From contig CBDCSU010000005.1 of assembly GCA_965221775.1 (NCBI GenBank), forward strand, positions 928,001 through 992,000: 64,000 nucleotides of DNA. Direction: 5' to 3'. Numbering within the stretch: position 1 is the first letter of the stretch; every line of letters begins with the position of its first letter. This document shows positions 46,025 to 55,110 of this stretch, piece by piece. The notes beneath the pieces were generated by a model. It was not told the origin of the DNA, made no database searches, and saw only the letters and a program-made list of their open reading frames with translations. The DNA comes from Candidatus Latescibacterota bacterium. GTDB lineage: Bacteria > Latescibacterota > UBA2968 > UBA8231. Made by a program: the position numbers and the translations under genes.

Positions 46025-46773
46025 CGGACACAACCGGCGCCAGGACCGACTTCGACCGCGACGGCTTCGTCCTGCTGCGCGAGTACCTGTCGCCGCCGGA
46101 GGCCGACGAGGTGAGCGCCAACATCGAGCGCTTCGTCGACGAGGTGCTGCCCGGGGCGCCCGAGAACACGGCGTTCTACGAGGACCCGGCGGACCCGTCG
46201 ACGATCAAGAGGCTCCAGAACATGGCGGATCTCGATCCCTGGTTCGACGAGCTGTGCCGCTCCGACCGCTTCCTGGGGCTCGCCTCCGAACTGCTCGGCG
46301 AGGAAGCCGTGGTCCGCAACCTGCAGTGGTTCAACAAGCCGGCCCGGGCCGGCGCCGTGACCCCGCCCCACCAGGACGGGTTCTACTTCATGCTCGAGCC
46401 GAACCACGCCGTGACCCTGTGGCTCGCCCTCGATCACATAAACGAGGAGAACGGCTGCATCCGCTACGTGCGCGGCTCCCACCGCCGCGGCCTGCGCCCC
46501 CACCAGCCCTCCGACGTGCTCGGCTTCTCCCTGGGGCTGCCCGACTACGGCGACGAGGACCGCGCCCTCGAGGCGCCGATCCACGCGCAGCCGGGAGACC
46601 TCTTCGCCCACCACTGCATGGTGATCCACCGCGCCGACGCCAACGAGTCCGACCGCGGGCGCTCGGCTCTCGGCCTCGTCTACTACGCCGGATCGGCCAA
46701 GGTCGACGACGAGCGCGCCGCTCGCTACCGCGAGGAGCTGTTCGCCCGGTGGAAGCGGGAGGGGAGGCTGTGA
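46021..46773 (+). CDS. Phytanoyl-CoA dioxygenase (PhyH)-family Fe/2OG enzyme
   Basis: ATGA overlap; FDRDGF, FNKP, TPPHQD, WLALD..ENGC, GSH, H...IH.A..N.S...R. Confidence 0.9.
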   Translation: MTDTTGARTDFDRDGFVLLREYLSPPEADEVSANIERFVDEVLPGAPENTAFYEDPADPSTIKRLQNMADLDPWFDELCRSDRFLGLASELLGEEAVVRNLQWFNKPARAGAVTPPHQDGFYFMLEPNHAVTLWLALDHINEENGCIRYVRGSHRRGLRPHQPSDVLGFSLGLPDYGDEDRALEAPIHAQPGDLFAHHCMVIHRADANESDRGRSALGLVYYAGSAKVDDERAARYREELFARWKREGRL

Positions 46774-47450
46774 GCGGCGGCGAGGAGAGTCCCGGACCCT
46801 ACACGATCCGGCGGGCCCCCGAGGCCCTGGGCGATCCCACCGCCGCAGCGGGACGGTCCCTGTGGTCGGCGGCCGACGAGCTGGAGGTCACCCACTACGT
46901 GTGGCCGGACTCGGGCCACCGTCCCCGCACCCGGGCCCGCCTCCTCTGGGACGACAACTGGCTCGCCGTCCTCTTCGTCGTCGACGACCGCTACGTGCGC
47001 GCCGTGGCGCAACGCTTCAACGACTCCGTCTGCCACGACAGCTGCGTCGAGTTCTTCGTCGCCCCCGCCGCCGACCCGGCCGAGGACGCCTACTTCAACT
47101 TCGAGGTCAACTGCGGCGGCACCATGCTCCTCTACCGCTGCGGCACGTCCACCGTGGAGGTTCCGGAAGCCGACGGCGCCACCATCGCCATGGCCCACAC
47201 CCAGCCGAGGATCGTCGATCCCGAGGTCGTCGGCCCCACCACCTGGGCGGTGGAGTACCACGTGCCGTGGAGCCTCTTCGAGAAGCACTTCGGCCCGGTG
47301 ACGCCGAGGGCCGGCAGCGCCTGGCGCGCCAACTTCTACAAGTGCGGGGACCGCACCTCCCATCCCCACTGGGGATCGTGGGCGCCCGTGGACTCGCCGC
47401 GGCCGAACTTCCACCGCCCCGGCTCCTTCCGCCCCATTCACTTCGCCTGA
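46770..47450 (+). CDS. CBM9-like (DOMON-like) carbohydrate-binding protein
   Basis: GTGA overlap; V..DSCVEFF, YFNFEVNCGG, ANFYKCGD...PHWGSW, FH.P..F. Confidence 0.8.
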   Translation: MSGGEESPGPYTIRRAPEALGDPTAAAGRSLWSAADELEVTHYVWPDSGHRPRTRARLLWDDNWLAVLFVVDDRYVRAVAQRFNDSVCHDSCVEFFVAPAADPAEDAYFNFEVNCGGTMLLYRCGTSTVEVPEADGATIAMAHTQPRIVDPEVVGPTTWAVEYHVPWSLFEKHFGPVTPRAGSAWRANFYKCGDRTSHPHWGSWAPVDSPRPNFHRPGSFRPIHFA

Positions 47451-47463
47451 GAGAAGGGGCCCG

Positions 47464-48147
47464 ATGGAATACACGATCCGGCGCGCCGCCTCCCCCCTCG
47501 GGCCACCCGCCGCCGACTGGGACCGGCCCCCGTGGCCGTCAGCCGACGTCCTGGAGCTGGGCTGCTGGCCCTGGCAGGACTCCGGCCACCACCCGCCGAC
47601 CTCGGCGCGGATCCTCTACGACGACGACTGCCTCGCCGTCATCTTCCGCGTCGAGGACCGCTACGTGCGCGCCGTGGCCGAGCGCTTCGGCGACCCGGTG
47701 AGCGAGGACAGCTGCGTCGAGTTCTTCCTGTCGCCCTTCGCCATGGGCGGGACCGACGCCTACTTCAACTTCGAGGTCAACTGCGGCGGCGTGCTGCTCC
47801 TGCGCCGGTGCTCGTCCACCACCGAGCGCGGCTGGGGGCGGCCCAACCCGCTCCTGGCGGAGGAGGACGCCCGCCTCGTGCGCATCGCCCACTCCATGCC
47901 GGAGCGGGTCGAGCCCGAGATCGCCGCGCCCACTACGTGGACGGTGGAGTACCACGTCCCCTTCGAGCTCTTCGGCCGCTACTTCGTCGATCTTCCGCGG
48001 CCCACGGCCGGCACCGAGTGGAAGGGGAACTTCTACAAGTGCGGCGGAAAGACGTCGCATCCCCACTGGGGGACCTGGGCGCCGATCGAGCTGGCCGAGC
48101 CCTCCTTCCACGAGCCCGCCTTCTTCCAGCCCCTGCGCTTCGCCTGA
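47464..48147 (+). CDS. CBM9-like carbohydrate-binding protein (tandem paralog)
   Basis: Same motifs as the upstream gene: EDSCVEFF, YFNFEVNCGG, NFYKCG, PHWGTW. Confidence 0.8.
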   Translation: MEYTIRRAASPLGPPAADWDRPPWPSADVLELGCWPWQDSGHHPPTSARILYDDDCLAVIFRVEDRYVRAVAERFGDPVSEDSCVEFFLSPFAMGGTDAYFNFEVNCGGVLLLRRCSSTTERGWGRPNPLLAEEDARLVRIAHSMPERVEPEIAAPTTWTVEYHVPFELFGRYFVDLPRPTAGTEWKGNFYKCGGKTSHPHWGTWAPIELAEPSFHEPAFFQPLRFA

Positions 48148-48160
48148 AGGGGCTGGCGCC

Positions 48161-49102
48161 TCACTCCGGGTACAAGGCCTCGCCGCGGCAGCGGCCGAAG
48201 CGGTCCCGCAGCCACTCCAGGTGCTCGGGCGGCAGCGGCGGTCCGGTGATCGCCCGGGCGCCGGCCTCGAGGTGGGCGGGGTCCCCCGTGCCCACCAGCA
48301 CGACATCGATCCCGTCGCAGGCGGCGGCGAAGCGGAAGGCCAGCTCCGGCCACGTGCCCGGCGGCTGCCCGAGGAGGAAGCGCAGGTCGTCGGGAGTACC
48401 CGCGTCCAGCTTCGCCAGGGTCCGGGCGAGAGCCTCCTCGCTCACCAGCGCCCCGCGGGCGGCGCTCATGCAGATCACCCCGGTGCCGTTGGCCCGGGCC
48501 GGCGGGAAGGCGCAGGTATCGCCGGCCTGGTCGAAGATCCCGTACTGGACCATCGCCGAGTCCCACAGGCCCGAGGCGCAGGCCCGGGTGGCCATCTCCT
48601 GGGAGTAGTCGAACATGGGCTGCTCGGAGAGCCCGATGAAGCGCACCTTGCCCTGCTCACGGAGCCGCTCGGCCACCGGCAGCAGGTGCTCGACGAAGGT
48701 GTCGAGGGAGGCCGGAGGCACCCCGTGGTACTGGAAGAGGTCGATGCGGTCCCGGCGCAGGTCGCGCAGGCTCTCCTCCACCGCATCGATGACCCGCCGG
48801 GGATCGGTGTGCGGCTTGCGCTGCGGGTTCTCGCCGTCGGCCCAGTCGTAGAGCCAGACCTTGGTGGCCACGATCACGTCGGCGGCTCCGCGGCCATGCA
48901 GGGCCCGGCCGATGGCGTCCTCGGTGCCGTAGGTGCGCGCCGTGTCGATGAAGTTGACGCCCAGGTCGAGGGCGCGGCCGATGAGGCGGTCCATGTCGTC
49001 GAAGGTGGCGTCGCGCGACCGGCCGAGGCGGGAAGGGCCGCCGGCGCCGAGGCCGACGCGGGAGACGCGCAGGCCGGTGCGGCCGAGGGTGGTGTACTGC
49101 AT
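48161..49102 (-). CDS. Aldo/keto reductase
   Basis: LGRTGLRVS, FIDTARTYG, ATK, IDLFQYH, GKVRFIGLS. Confidence 0.92.
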   Translation of the reverse strand: MQYTTLGRTGLRVSRVGLGAGGPSRLGRSRDATFDDMDRLIGRALDLGVNFIDTARTYGTEDAIGRALHGRGAADVIVATKVWLYDWADGENPQRKPHTDPRRVIDAVEESLRDLRRDRIDLFQYHGVPPASLDTFVEHLLPVAERLREQGKVRFIGLSEQPMFDYSQEMATRACASGLWDSAMVQYGIFDQAGDTCAFPPARANGTGVICMSAARGALVSEEALARTLAKLDAGTPDDLRFLLGQPPGTWPELAFRFAAACDGIDVVLVGTGDPAHLEAGARAITGPPLPPEHLEWLRDRFGRCRGEALYPE

Positions 49103-49358
49103 GGGGGTGGCTCTTCCTGCGGCGCTCAGGTGCTCCTGGCCGGCGCCGGCTATGTGCTGAGGATCAGGGGTCGCCCGCGGCGAGGGTTTCCACGACGGGC
49201 CGGCAGGTTCGCCGGCTTGCCAAACATAGACGGATGAGGGGTGCCCGCCGTGGCCAGCGGCGGAAGCCGCGACTCACCCCTCCCGGGTTTGCCTATTCTT
49301 GGCCAACGGCAGCCCGGAGTCGAACCCGCCGCCGCCAACCCGAGGAGAGACCCACCCC

Positions 49359-50459
49359 ATGACCGATCCCGTCGAAGACCGCGCCGCCAGCATCCGGGTC
49401 ACCGCCCTGCGGGCGATCCCCGTGGGCCCCAAGGGGTACGTGAAGATCGAGACCAGCCACGGCATCACCGGCTGGGGCGAGATCAACAACATGGAGACCC
49501 GCGTCGCCTGCGCCCTGGCCGAGTCCCTCGGCGAGATGGTCGTCGGCGAGAACCCCACCGCCGTCGAGCACCTGTGGCAGCGGCTGTTCCGCGCCCACCG
49601 CAACCTGCGCGGCGGCGGCCTCATGGTGCACACCATCGCCGCCATCGACATGGCCCTCTGGGACATCGCCGGCAAGCTCCACGGCGTGCCCGTGTACCGG
49701 CTCCTCGGCGGTCCCTGCCGCCACAAGGTGTGGATGTACCCCAGCCCGAAGGCGATCAAGGTCGGCCCCGGGGGCGTCTGCTCCCACGGCGATTCCCCGG
49801 ACAGGGTGCAGCAGATCCTCGACCGCATCCGCGAGGGCCGCGCCAAGGTCGGCTCCGCCGGCGTCGTCATGTTCGACGCCCACAGCAAGATGCCGCCGCC
49901 CATCACCCGCCAGGTGGGGGGCCGCCTGAAGTCGGACGACCTGCTGTTCTGGGAGGAGGGCTGGGTGCCGGGCAACATCGAGGTCATGCGCCGGGTACGC
50001 GAGGCGATCCCCGTGCCTCTGGCCACGGGCGAGCGGGACCGCACGATCTGGGAGGTGCGCGAGATCCTGGAGGCCCAGGTCGTGGACGTGCTGCAGCCGG
50101 ACTGCGGCCACGGCGGCGGCATCACCCAGATGAAGAAGGTCGCCGCCCTGGCCGAGGCCCATCACGTGCCGATCGCCCCCCACTGCACCATGTCCTACCT
50201 CGGGCTCACGGCGAGCCTCCACGTGGCGGCGTCGGTCCCCTTCTTCCTGATCCACGAGGGCTACACGGGCCGCCTGCCCGAGGGCGTGGCCCGCAAGAGC
50301 TGGGAGATGGACGGCGACGGATACGTCTCCCTGCCGGAGGGTCCCGGCCTCGGGGTGGAGATCGACGAGGCCCTGGCGCGGGAGGTTGGGGAGCGCCCCG
50401 ACCAGCAGTTCCAGTGGCCGGACAACCGCCTCGAGGACGGGTCCGTGGCGGACTACTAG
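49359..50459 (+). CDS. Mandelate racemase/muconate lactonizing enzyme-family protein (acid-sugar dehydratase-like)
   Basis: GITGWGE, IDMALWDIAGK..GVPVY.LLGG, K.IK, metal ligands DAH / WEE / TGE, QPD, APH, PGLG. Confidence 0.88.
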   Translation: MTDPVEDRAASIRVTALRAIPVGPKGYVKIETSHGITGWGEINNMETRVACALAESLGEMVVGENPTAVEHLWQRLFRAHRNLRGGGLMVHTIAAIDMALWDIAGKLHGVPVYRLLGGPCRHKVWMYPSPKAIKVGPGGVCSHGDSPDRVQQILDRIREGRAKVGSAGVVMFDAHSKMPPPITRQVGGRLKSDDLLFWEEGWVPGNIEVMRRVREAIPVPLATGERDRTIWEVREILEAQVVDVLQPDCGHGGGITQMKKVAALAEAHHVPIAPHCTMSYLGLTASLHVAASVPFFLIHEGYTGRLPEGVARKSWEMDGDGYVSLPEGPGLGVEIDEALAREVGERPDQQFQWPDNRLEDGSVADY

Positions 50460-50483
50460 GGACCTTCGGACGGCCGGGCGGTC

Positions 50484-50678
50484 CTATTGGCCCTGGCCGG
50501 CCTCGCGGCGCTCACGCAGGCGGCGCGCATACGGCGTCTCGATGCCGTAGCGGCGGCAGAGCCGGCTGAAGCTGCGCGGCTCGATGCCCAGGGCCCGGCT
50601 GGCGGCCTCGTTGGTCGAATACATGCGGGCGGCGCGCTGGATGCGCTCGCGGTCGATTCGGCGTTCCCCTTGGGCCAT
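50484..50678 (-). CDS. Small stand-alone Fis-type helix-turn-helix protein (64 aa)
   Basis: N..ASRALGI.P.SFSRLCRRYGI resembles the Fis/bEBP HTH; G-rich RBS; sigma54 site upstream. Confidence 0.75.
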   Translation of the reverse strand: MAQGERRIDRERIQRAARMYSTNEAASRALGIEPRSFSRLCRRYGIETPYARRLRERREAGQGQ

Positions 50679-50731
50679 TGCGGACCCCCCCTTTCAGTGT
50701 GTCCTGCGGCGCAGGATGGCTCGGAGGGGTA

Positions 50732-50747
50732 TGCAACTTGCGTGCCA
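50732..50747 (-). promoter_or_regulatory. Sigma54 (-24/-12) promoter
   Basis: Minus strand TGGCAC-GCAAG-TTGCA, an exact match to TGGCAC-N5-TTGCW, 53 nt upstream of ATG 50678. Confidence 0.8.
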
Positions 50748-50849
50748 CAGCCGTTACTCGTTGATCCGCCGTGGCTTAGGGGGAAGGGGGGTGACCGGGG
50801 ACTGTCCGCCTCCGGTACAATCCCTGTCCGCTGCCGGACAGAAGGCGCC

Positions 50850-51824
50850 TCAGTCCCACTCCAGGATCACGCCGAGGGCCTCGCCCGGGCGGTTCCACAG
50901 CAGGTCGAAGGCGGCGGCCGCCTCGGTGAAGGGGAACCGGTGGGTGGTCATGCGGCCGGTGTCGATCGCCCCGGAGGCGAGGAGCGCCATGGCCCGCCGG
51001 TACGCGGAGAGGCCGGACCGCTGTCCGTAGTAGCCGCCCAGCAGCCGGCGGCGCTGGATCTTGCCCGAAGGCAGGGAGAGGGGCTGGTCCTCGTAGAGGC
51101 CGATCAGGTGCAGGGTGCCGTCGACGCCGAGCATGTCGAGGCCCTGCTCGAAGGCCTTCGGCCCCGCGGGACCGCCCACGGCATAGACCACGAGGTGCGC
51201 GCCGGCGCCGTTGGTCAGCCTGCGCACCGCCGCCACCGGGTCCTCCTCGCCGGCGTTCACCACCCGGTCGGCGCCCAGTTCGGCGGCCAGCTCGCAGCGG
51301 CGGTCGAGGGCGTCCACGGCGATCACGTGGCCGCGGCCCGAGGCCTTCATCACCTGCAGCATGAGACTGCCCACCAGGCCCTGTCCCAGGATCACCACCG
51401 TGTCCGTGGGTCCGGCGCCCCCGATCTCGACCCAGGTCACGCCCCCCACGGCGAGGGGGTAGTACGGCGCGCGGTCGAAGTCGACATCGTCGGGCAGGGC
51501 CACCACTCTGGACTGGCCCGCGGGTCCGTCCACGGCGGCGGGCTGGACGGTGTACTCGGCGTGGGGGGACAGGGAGACGACGCGGTCGCCGGGGGCCAGG
51601 TGCGACACCCCGGCGCCGACGGCGTCGACCGTGCCGGCCATGGAGTAACCCATGATGTCGGGGCTCACGGCGTGCTCGCGGGTGTAGCGGGCCCCCATCT
51701 CGGAGCCGCGGCTGATGAGGGAGCGCACCGCCTTGACGCGGACCTCCCCCGGGCCCGGCTCCGGGACCGGCGCCTCCTCGAGGACGAGGTTGTACTTCCC
51801 TTCGGGCTTGGCGAGTCGTTTCAC
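50850..51824 (-). CDS. Medium-chain (zinc-binding-like) dehydrogenase
   Basis: GroES-like domain (ISRGSE, GYSMAG.V..VG.GV), GQGLVG Rossmann motif, THRFP. Lacks the canonical C..D and GHE zinc ligands. Confidence 0.85.
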   Translation of the reverse strand: MKRLAKPEGKYNLVLEEAPVPEPGPGEVRVKAVRSLISRGSEMGARYTREHAVSPDIMGYSMAGTVDAVGAGVSHLAPGDRVVSLSPHAEYTVQPAAVDGPAGQSRVVALPDDVDFDRAPYYPLAVGGVTWVEIGGAGPTDTVVILGQGLVGSLMLQVMKASGRGHVIAVDALDRRCELAAELGADRVVNAGEEDPVAAVRRLTNGAGAHLVVYAVGGPAGPKAFEQGLDMLGVDGTLHLIGLYEDQPLSLPSGKIQRRRLLGGYYGQRSGLSAYRRAMALLASGAIDTGRMTTHRFPFTEAAAAFDLLWNRPGEALGVILEWD

Positions 51825-51932
51825 GGCGGATCCTCCGGGTGTCGGCGCGGGCTCGTGATCTGCGGCGAACCCTCACCAACACGGATGCGGCGGTCAAGGC
51901 GCGGGCGCCGCGGCAACGCCTCCGGCCCGTGT

Positions 51933-51960
51933 TTGACGGCCTTTCAGGGTTCCGTATCCT
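51933..51960 (+). promoter_or_regulatory. Candidate sigma70 promoter for the PhyH gene
   Basis: TTGACG-16 nt-TATCCT, 38 nt before GTG 51999. Confidence 0.45.
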
Positions 51961-51998
51961 AGCGCGGCAGCGTCACCCCCCCTCGCCGGAGCCACCCC

Positions 51999-52811
51999 GT
52001 GAAGACCGACCTCACCCCCGATCAGATCGCCCACTACCGCGAGCGCGGGTACGTCGTCATCGACGGTTTTCTCTCCGAAGAGGAACTGGCCCTCTGGCGG
52101 AGCCGGATCGACGCCGCGGTCTCCGTCCGCCAGGACCGCAAGCTCGCCAACCGCGACTGGCGCGCCGGCGACTCCTACTACGACAAGGTCTTCACCCAGC
52201 GCATCAACCTGTGGATGGACCACGAGGGGGTCCGCGGCCTCATGCTCGACCGGCGGATCGGCAAGATGGCCGCCGAGCTGGCCGGCGTCGACGGCATCCG
52301 CATCTGGCACGACCAGGCCCTGATCAAGGAGCCCTGGGCCAACCCCACCGGCTGGCACCTCGACAACCCCTACTGGTCGTTCTCGTCGCGCGACGCCATC
52401 AGCCTGTGGGTCGCCCTCGACGACGTCACCCGCGACAACGGCTGCCTCTACTTCCTCCCCGGCACCCACCGCACCGCCACCTGGGAGAACGGCCCCATCA
52501 ACGAGAACATCGCCGCCCTCTTCGAGCTCTACCCCGAGTGGGCGGCGCTCCAGGCGGATGCCGCCCCCATGAAGGCCGGGTCCTGCTCCTTCCACAACGG
52601 CCTCCTCGCCCACGGCGCCGGGGCCAACATGACCCCCGGCCGGCGGCGGGCGATGACCTGCGGCTACATGCCCGACGGCAGCACCTTCAACGGCCAGCCG
52701 AACGTGCTGCCCGAGGAATACCTGTCCACCCTGTCGGAGGGGGACGTGCTCGACAACGACGACCTGAACCCCCTGCTCTACCACGTGGGCGGAGGGGGCG
52801 TCGAGGCCTGA
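51999..52811 (+). CDS. Phytanoyl-CoA dioxygenase (PhyH)-family Fe/2OG enzyme
   Basis: Y.ERGY, HDQALIK, WHLD, WVALDD...NGC, FHNGLLAHGAGAN....RR. Confidence 0.92.
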   Translation: MKTDLTPDQIAHYRERGYVVIDGFLSEEELALWRSRIDAAVSVRQDRKLANRDWRAGDSYYDKVFTQRINLWMDHEGVRGLMLDRRIGKMAAELAGVDGIRIWHDQALIKEPWANPTGWHLDNPYWSFSSRDAISLWVALDDVTRDNGCLYFLPGTHRTATWENGPINENIAALFELYPEWAALQADAAPMKAGSCSFHNGLLAHGAGANMTPGRRRAMTCGYMPDGSTFNGQPNVLPEEYLSTLSEGDVLDNDDLNPLLYHVGGGGVEA

Positions 52812-52960
52812 GGCGGGGCACGGAACTCGTGAGCTCCGCGGGTCGTCGCACAAGCGAAGCTCGCAGCCTGCCGATGAGGACAACCATGGCCCCTCACCTC
52901 CGATCCCGCCCCCGGGCCCTGCCCTGTCCCGAGCATCCCGGCCGGCTGATCCAGACCGGG

Positions 52961-53485
52961 ATGGCGCTGGCCTCGGCGGCCGCCCTGCTCCTGGCGGCTT
53001 CCTGCGGCGGCGACGACCCGGTGCAGCCGACTCCCGTCAGCGGCGAAGAGGAGGAGCAGGTCAAGGCGGCGCTGCAGAACCGGTCCTTCCGCCAGTTCGA
53101 TCCCTCCCTGGACGCGAGCCCGAGGAGGGGGGTTGTCCTCGACTTCTTCGAGGGAGTCAGCCTCTGGGCCCAGTACGCCGAGGACGAGCATGCCGTCAAC
53201 GAGTGGCAGGTCTCCGCCGGCGACTACCGACTCGAGAAGGCCGGGAACGCCAAGTTCCAGGAGGCGGAGTTCGTGATTCGCTTCGAGGAACCGGAGTCGA
53301 GCCAGCTCTTCCCCGAGGAGTGCTCCAGCTGCATTCCCACCGAGCGCTTCTCCATCTCCGTGCGCAACGTCTTCGACGGCGAACGAATCTCCTTCAGGCT
53401 GAACGACGACGAGAACCGGCTTCCTCCGCCTTTCCCGGTCTTCCGATCGTGGACGCGGTTCCGGGAGGATGATTACTTCGAGTAG
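52961..53485 (+). CDS. Hypothetical lipoprotein
   Basis: MALASAAALLLAAS-C lipobox followed by an acidic globular domain with CSSC. Upstream ATGs are possible. Confidence 0.65.
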   Translation: MALASAAALLLAASCGGDDPVQPTPVSGEEEEQVKAALQNRSFRQFDPSLDASPRRGVVLDFFEGVSLWAQYAEDEHAVNEWQVSAGDYRLEKAGNAKFQEAEFVIRFEEPESSQLFPEECSSCIPTERFSISVRNVFDGERISFRLNDDENRLPPPFPVFRSWTRFREDDYFE

Positions 53486-53616
53486 CGCCGGCGCGAGATT
53501 CTGCAGGCCGGTCTGCAACACGTCTGTTTCGAGTCGCCGATGTGGCCGGCGGGCCTCCCGCCGGGTTCCGCCGACAGTATCTTGCCCCGGGAAGCGCGGG
53601 GCAGGTAGTTGAGGCA

Positions 53617-55092
53617 GTGCAGAGCCTACAAGGCAAGGAAAAGGCGGCGGTCGGACGGATCGCTCGGGGTGCCGTCCAAACCCTGAGCAGCGCCTACGCG
53701 GGCCGGGTCGTCACTTGGGTCGCCATTGTCGTCCTCACCCGCGAGCTCCCCCCCGAGGACTTCGGCCAGATCGCCCTCGCCGCTTCGATCCTCGCCGTGG
53801 TGGGGGCCCTGCGCGGCTTCGGTCTCCACAATGCCCTGCTGCATCGCTACGACCGCGTCGACGACCTCGCCCCTACCCACTTCTTTCTGAACTCCGCCCT
53901 CGCCATCCTCGGCACCGTCGGCGCCATCGCATGGGCCGTCCTCTTCGTGGACAGCCGCGGAGTGGCCACGGCCCTGGCCGTCTTCGCCGCCTTCGACCTT
54001 CTCCGGGCCACGGCCCTGACCGCCGAGACCCAACTCAGGCGCGACCTGGAGTTCGGCCCACTCGCCGGGGCCCATGCCCTCGCCCTGATCGTCGCCGCCG
54101 CTTCGGGCCTCTCCCTGGCCTTGCTGGGGGGCGGCATCTGGGCCCTGATCCTCAGTCACTCCGTCTACGGGATCGGCTACGTCGCCGTCTATTCGGCGAT
54201 GCTCTGGCGGCGCCGGTCTCCCCTCTCCTTCCGCCTCTCCGAGTTTCGCCCGGAAGAGGCCCGCCGCATGTTCGGCTACGGGGCCTGGATCTGGCTCGGC
54301 ACGATTCTGCAGGCCCTGGTGCTCAACTTCGACCGGTTCGTGGTGGCCGCCGTGCTCGACCTGAAGACCCTGGGCTTCTACGAGCGCGCCCACGTATTCG
54401 CCCAGATCCCCACCGGCGCCATCACCCACGCCCTCACGGGCGTCATGCTCGCCGTCTTCGCGCGCTACCAGCAGGACCGGGAACAGCTCGGCGGCGCCTT
54501 CCGCCGCGCCCTGCGATTGATCATGCGCGCTGCGGTGCCCCTCTCCATCCTCCTCGCCATCGAGATCCCCAACCTCACCCGACTGCTCCTCGACGAGAGC
54601 CGGCTGCCCCTGGCCTCCATTCTGCGCTGGCTGCTCCTCTACTCCCTGTGCCGCCCCCTGTTGGAGGCGGTCCACGCGCTGCTGCGGAGCATCGGGGACC
54701 CGCGGGGCTCGACGGCCTTCGTCGCGGTGCAGGCGGCCGTGCTCCTCGTGGCCGCCCCCCTGCTCACTCGCTCTCACGCCATCGAAGGCACCGCCATGGC
54801 CATGAACCTGGCCGCCCTGGTGGGCACCGTCGCCGCTCTGCACCGCAGCGCCCGCTTCGTCGAGGTCCCCTGGGTGCGCAGCCTCGCTCCGCCCCTGGTT
54901 GCGGCGGCAGCGGCCGCTGGCGCACGCCTGGCGGCGGCCCCGCTCATCGAGGGCTGGCCAACGGCTGCGGCCTTGGTACTGGGCTCCGGCCTTTTTGTAT
55001 GTTCCTACGGGCTTGCCCTCTTCTGCATGGAGGGCCGCGGCCTGCTGAAGGAAATGCGGACGCTCGGAAGGGTTTTCAGGAAGGACGCCTAA
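53617..55092 (+). CDS. Oligosaccharide flippase (Wzx/MOP superfamily)
   Basis: L.R.L.PEDFG, GG.WAL, FD.FVV...L....LGFY.RA, many TM helices; upstream of glycosyltransferases. Confidence 0.88.
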   Translation: MQSLQGKEKAAVGRIARGAVQTLSSAYAGRVVTWVAIVVLTRELPPEDFGQIALAASILAVVGALRGFGLHNALLHRYDRVDDLAPTHFFLNSALAILGTVGAIAWAVLFVDSRGVATALAVFAAFDLLRATALTAETQLRRDLEFGPLAGAHALALIVAAASGLSLALLGGGIWALILSHSVYGIGYVAVYSAMLWRRRSPLSFRLSEFRPEEARRMFGYGAWIWLGTILQALVLNFDRFVVAAVLDLKTLGFYERAHVFAQIPTGAITHALTGVMLAVFARYQQDREQLGGAFRRALRLIMRAAVPLSILLAIEIPNLTRLLLDESRLPLASILRWLLLYSLCRPLLEAVHALLRSIGDPRGSTAFVAVQAAVLLVAAPLLTRSHAIEGTAMAMNLAALVGTVAALHRSARFVEVPWVRSLAPPLVAAAAAAGARLAAAPLIEGWPTAAALVLGSGLFVCSYGLALFCMEGRGLLKEMRTLGRVFRKDA

Positions 55093-55110
55093 CCGTAGGC
55101 GGAAGTACGC

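Noticed and set aside
53488-53506. CGGCGC...TCTGC upstream of the flippase as a sigma54 site
   Set aside because: GG-to-GC spacing is 11 nt, not the required 10.
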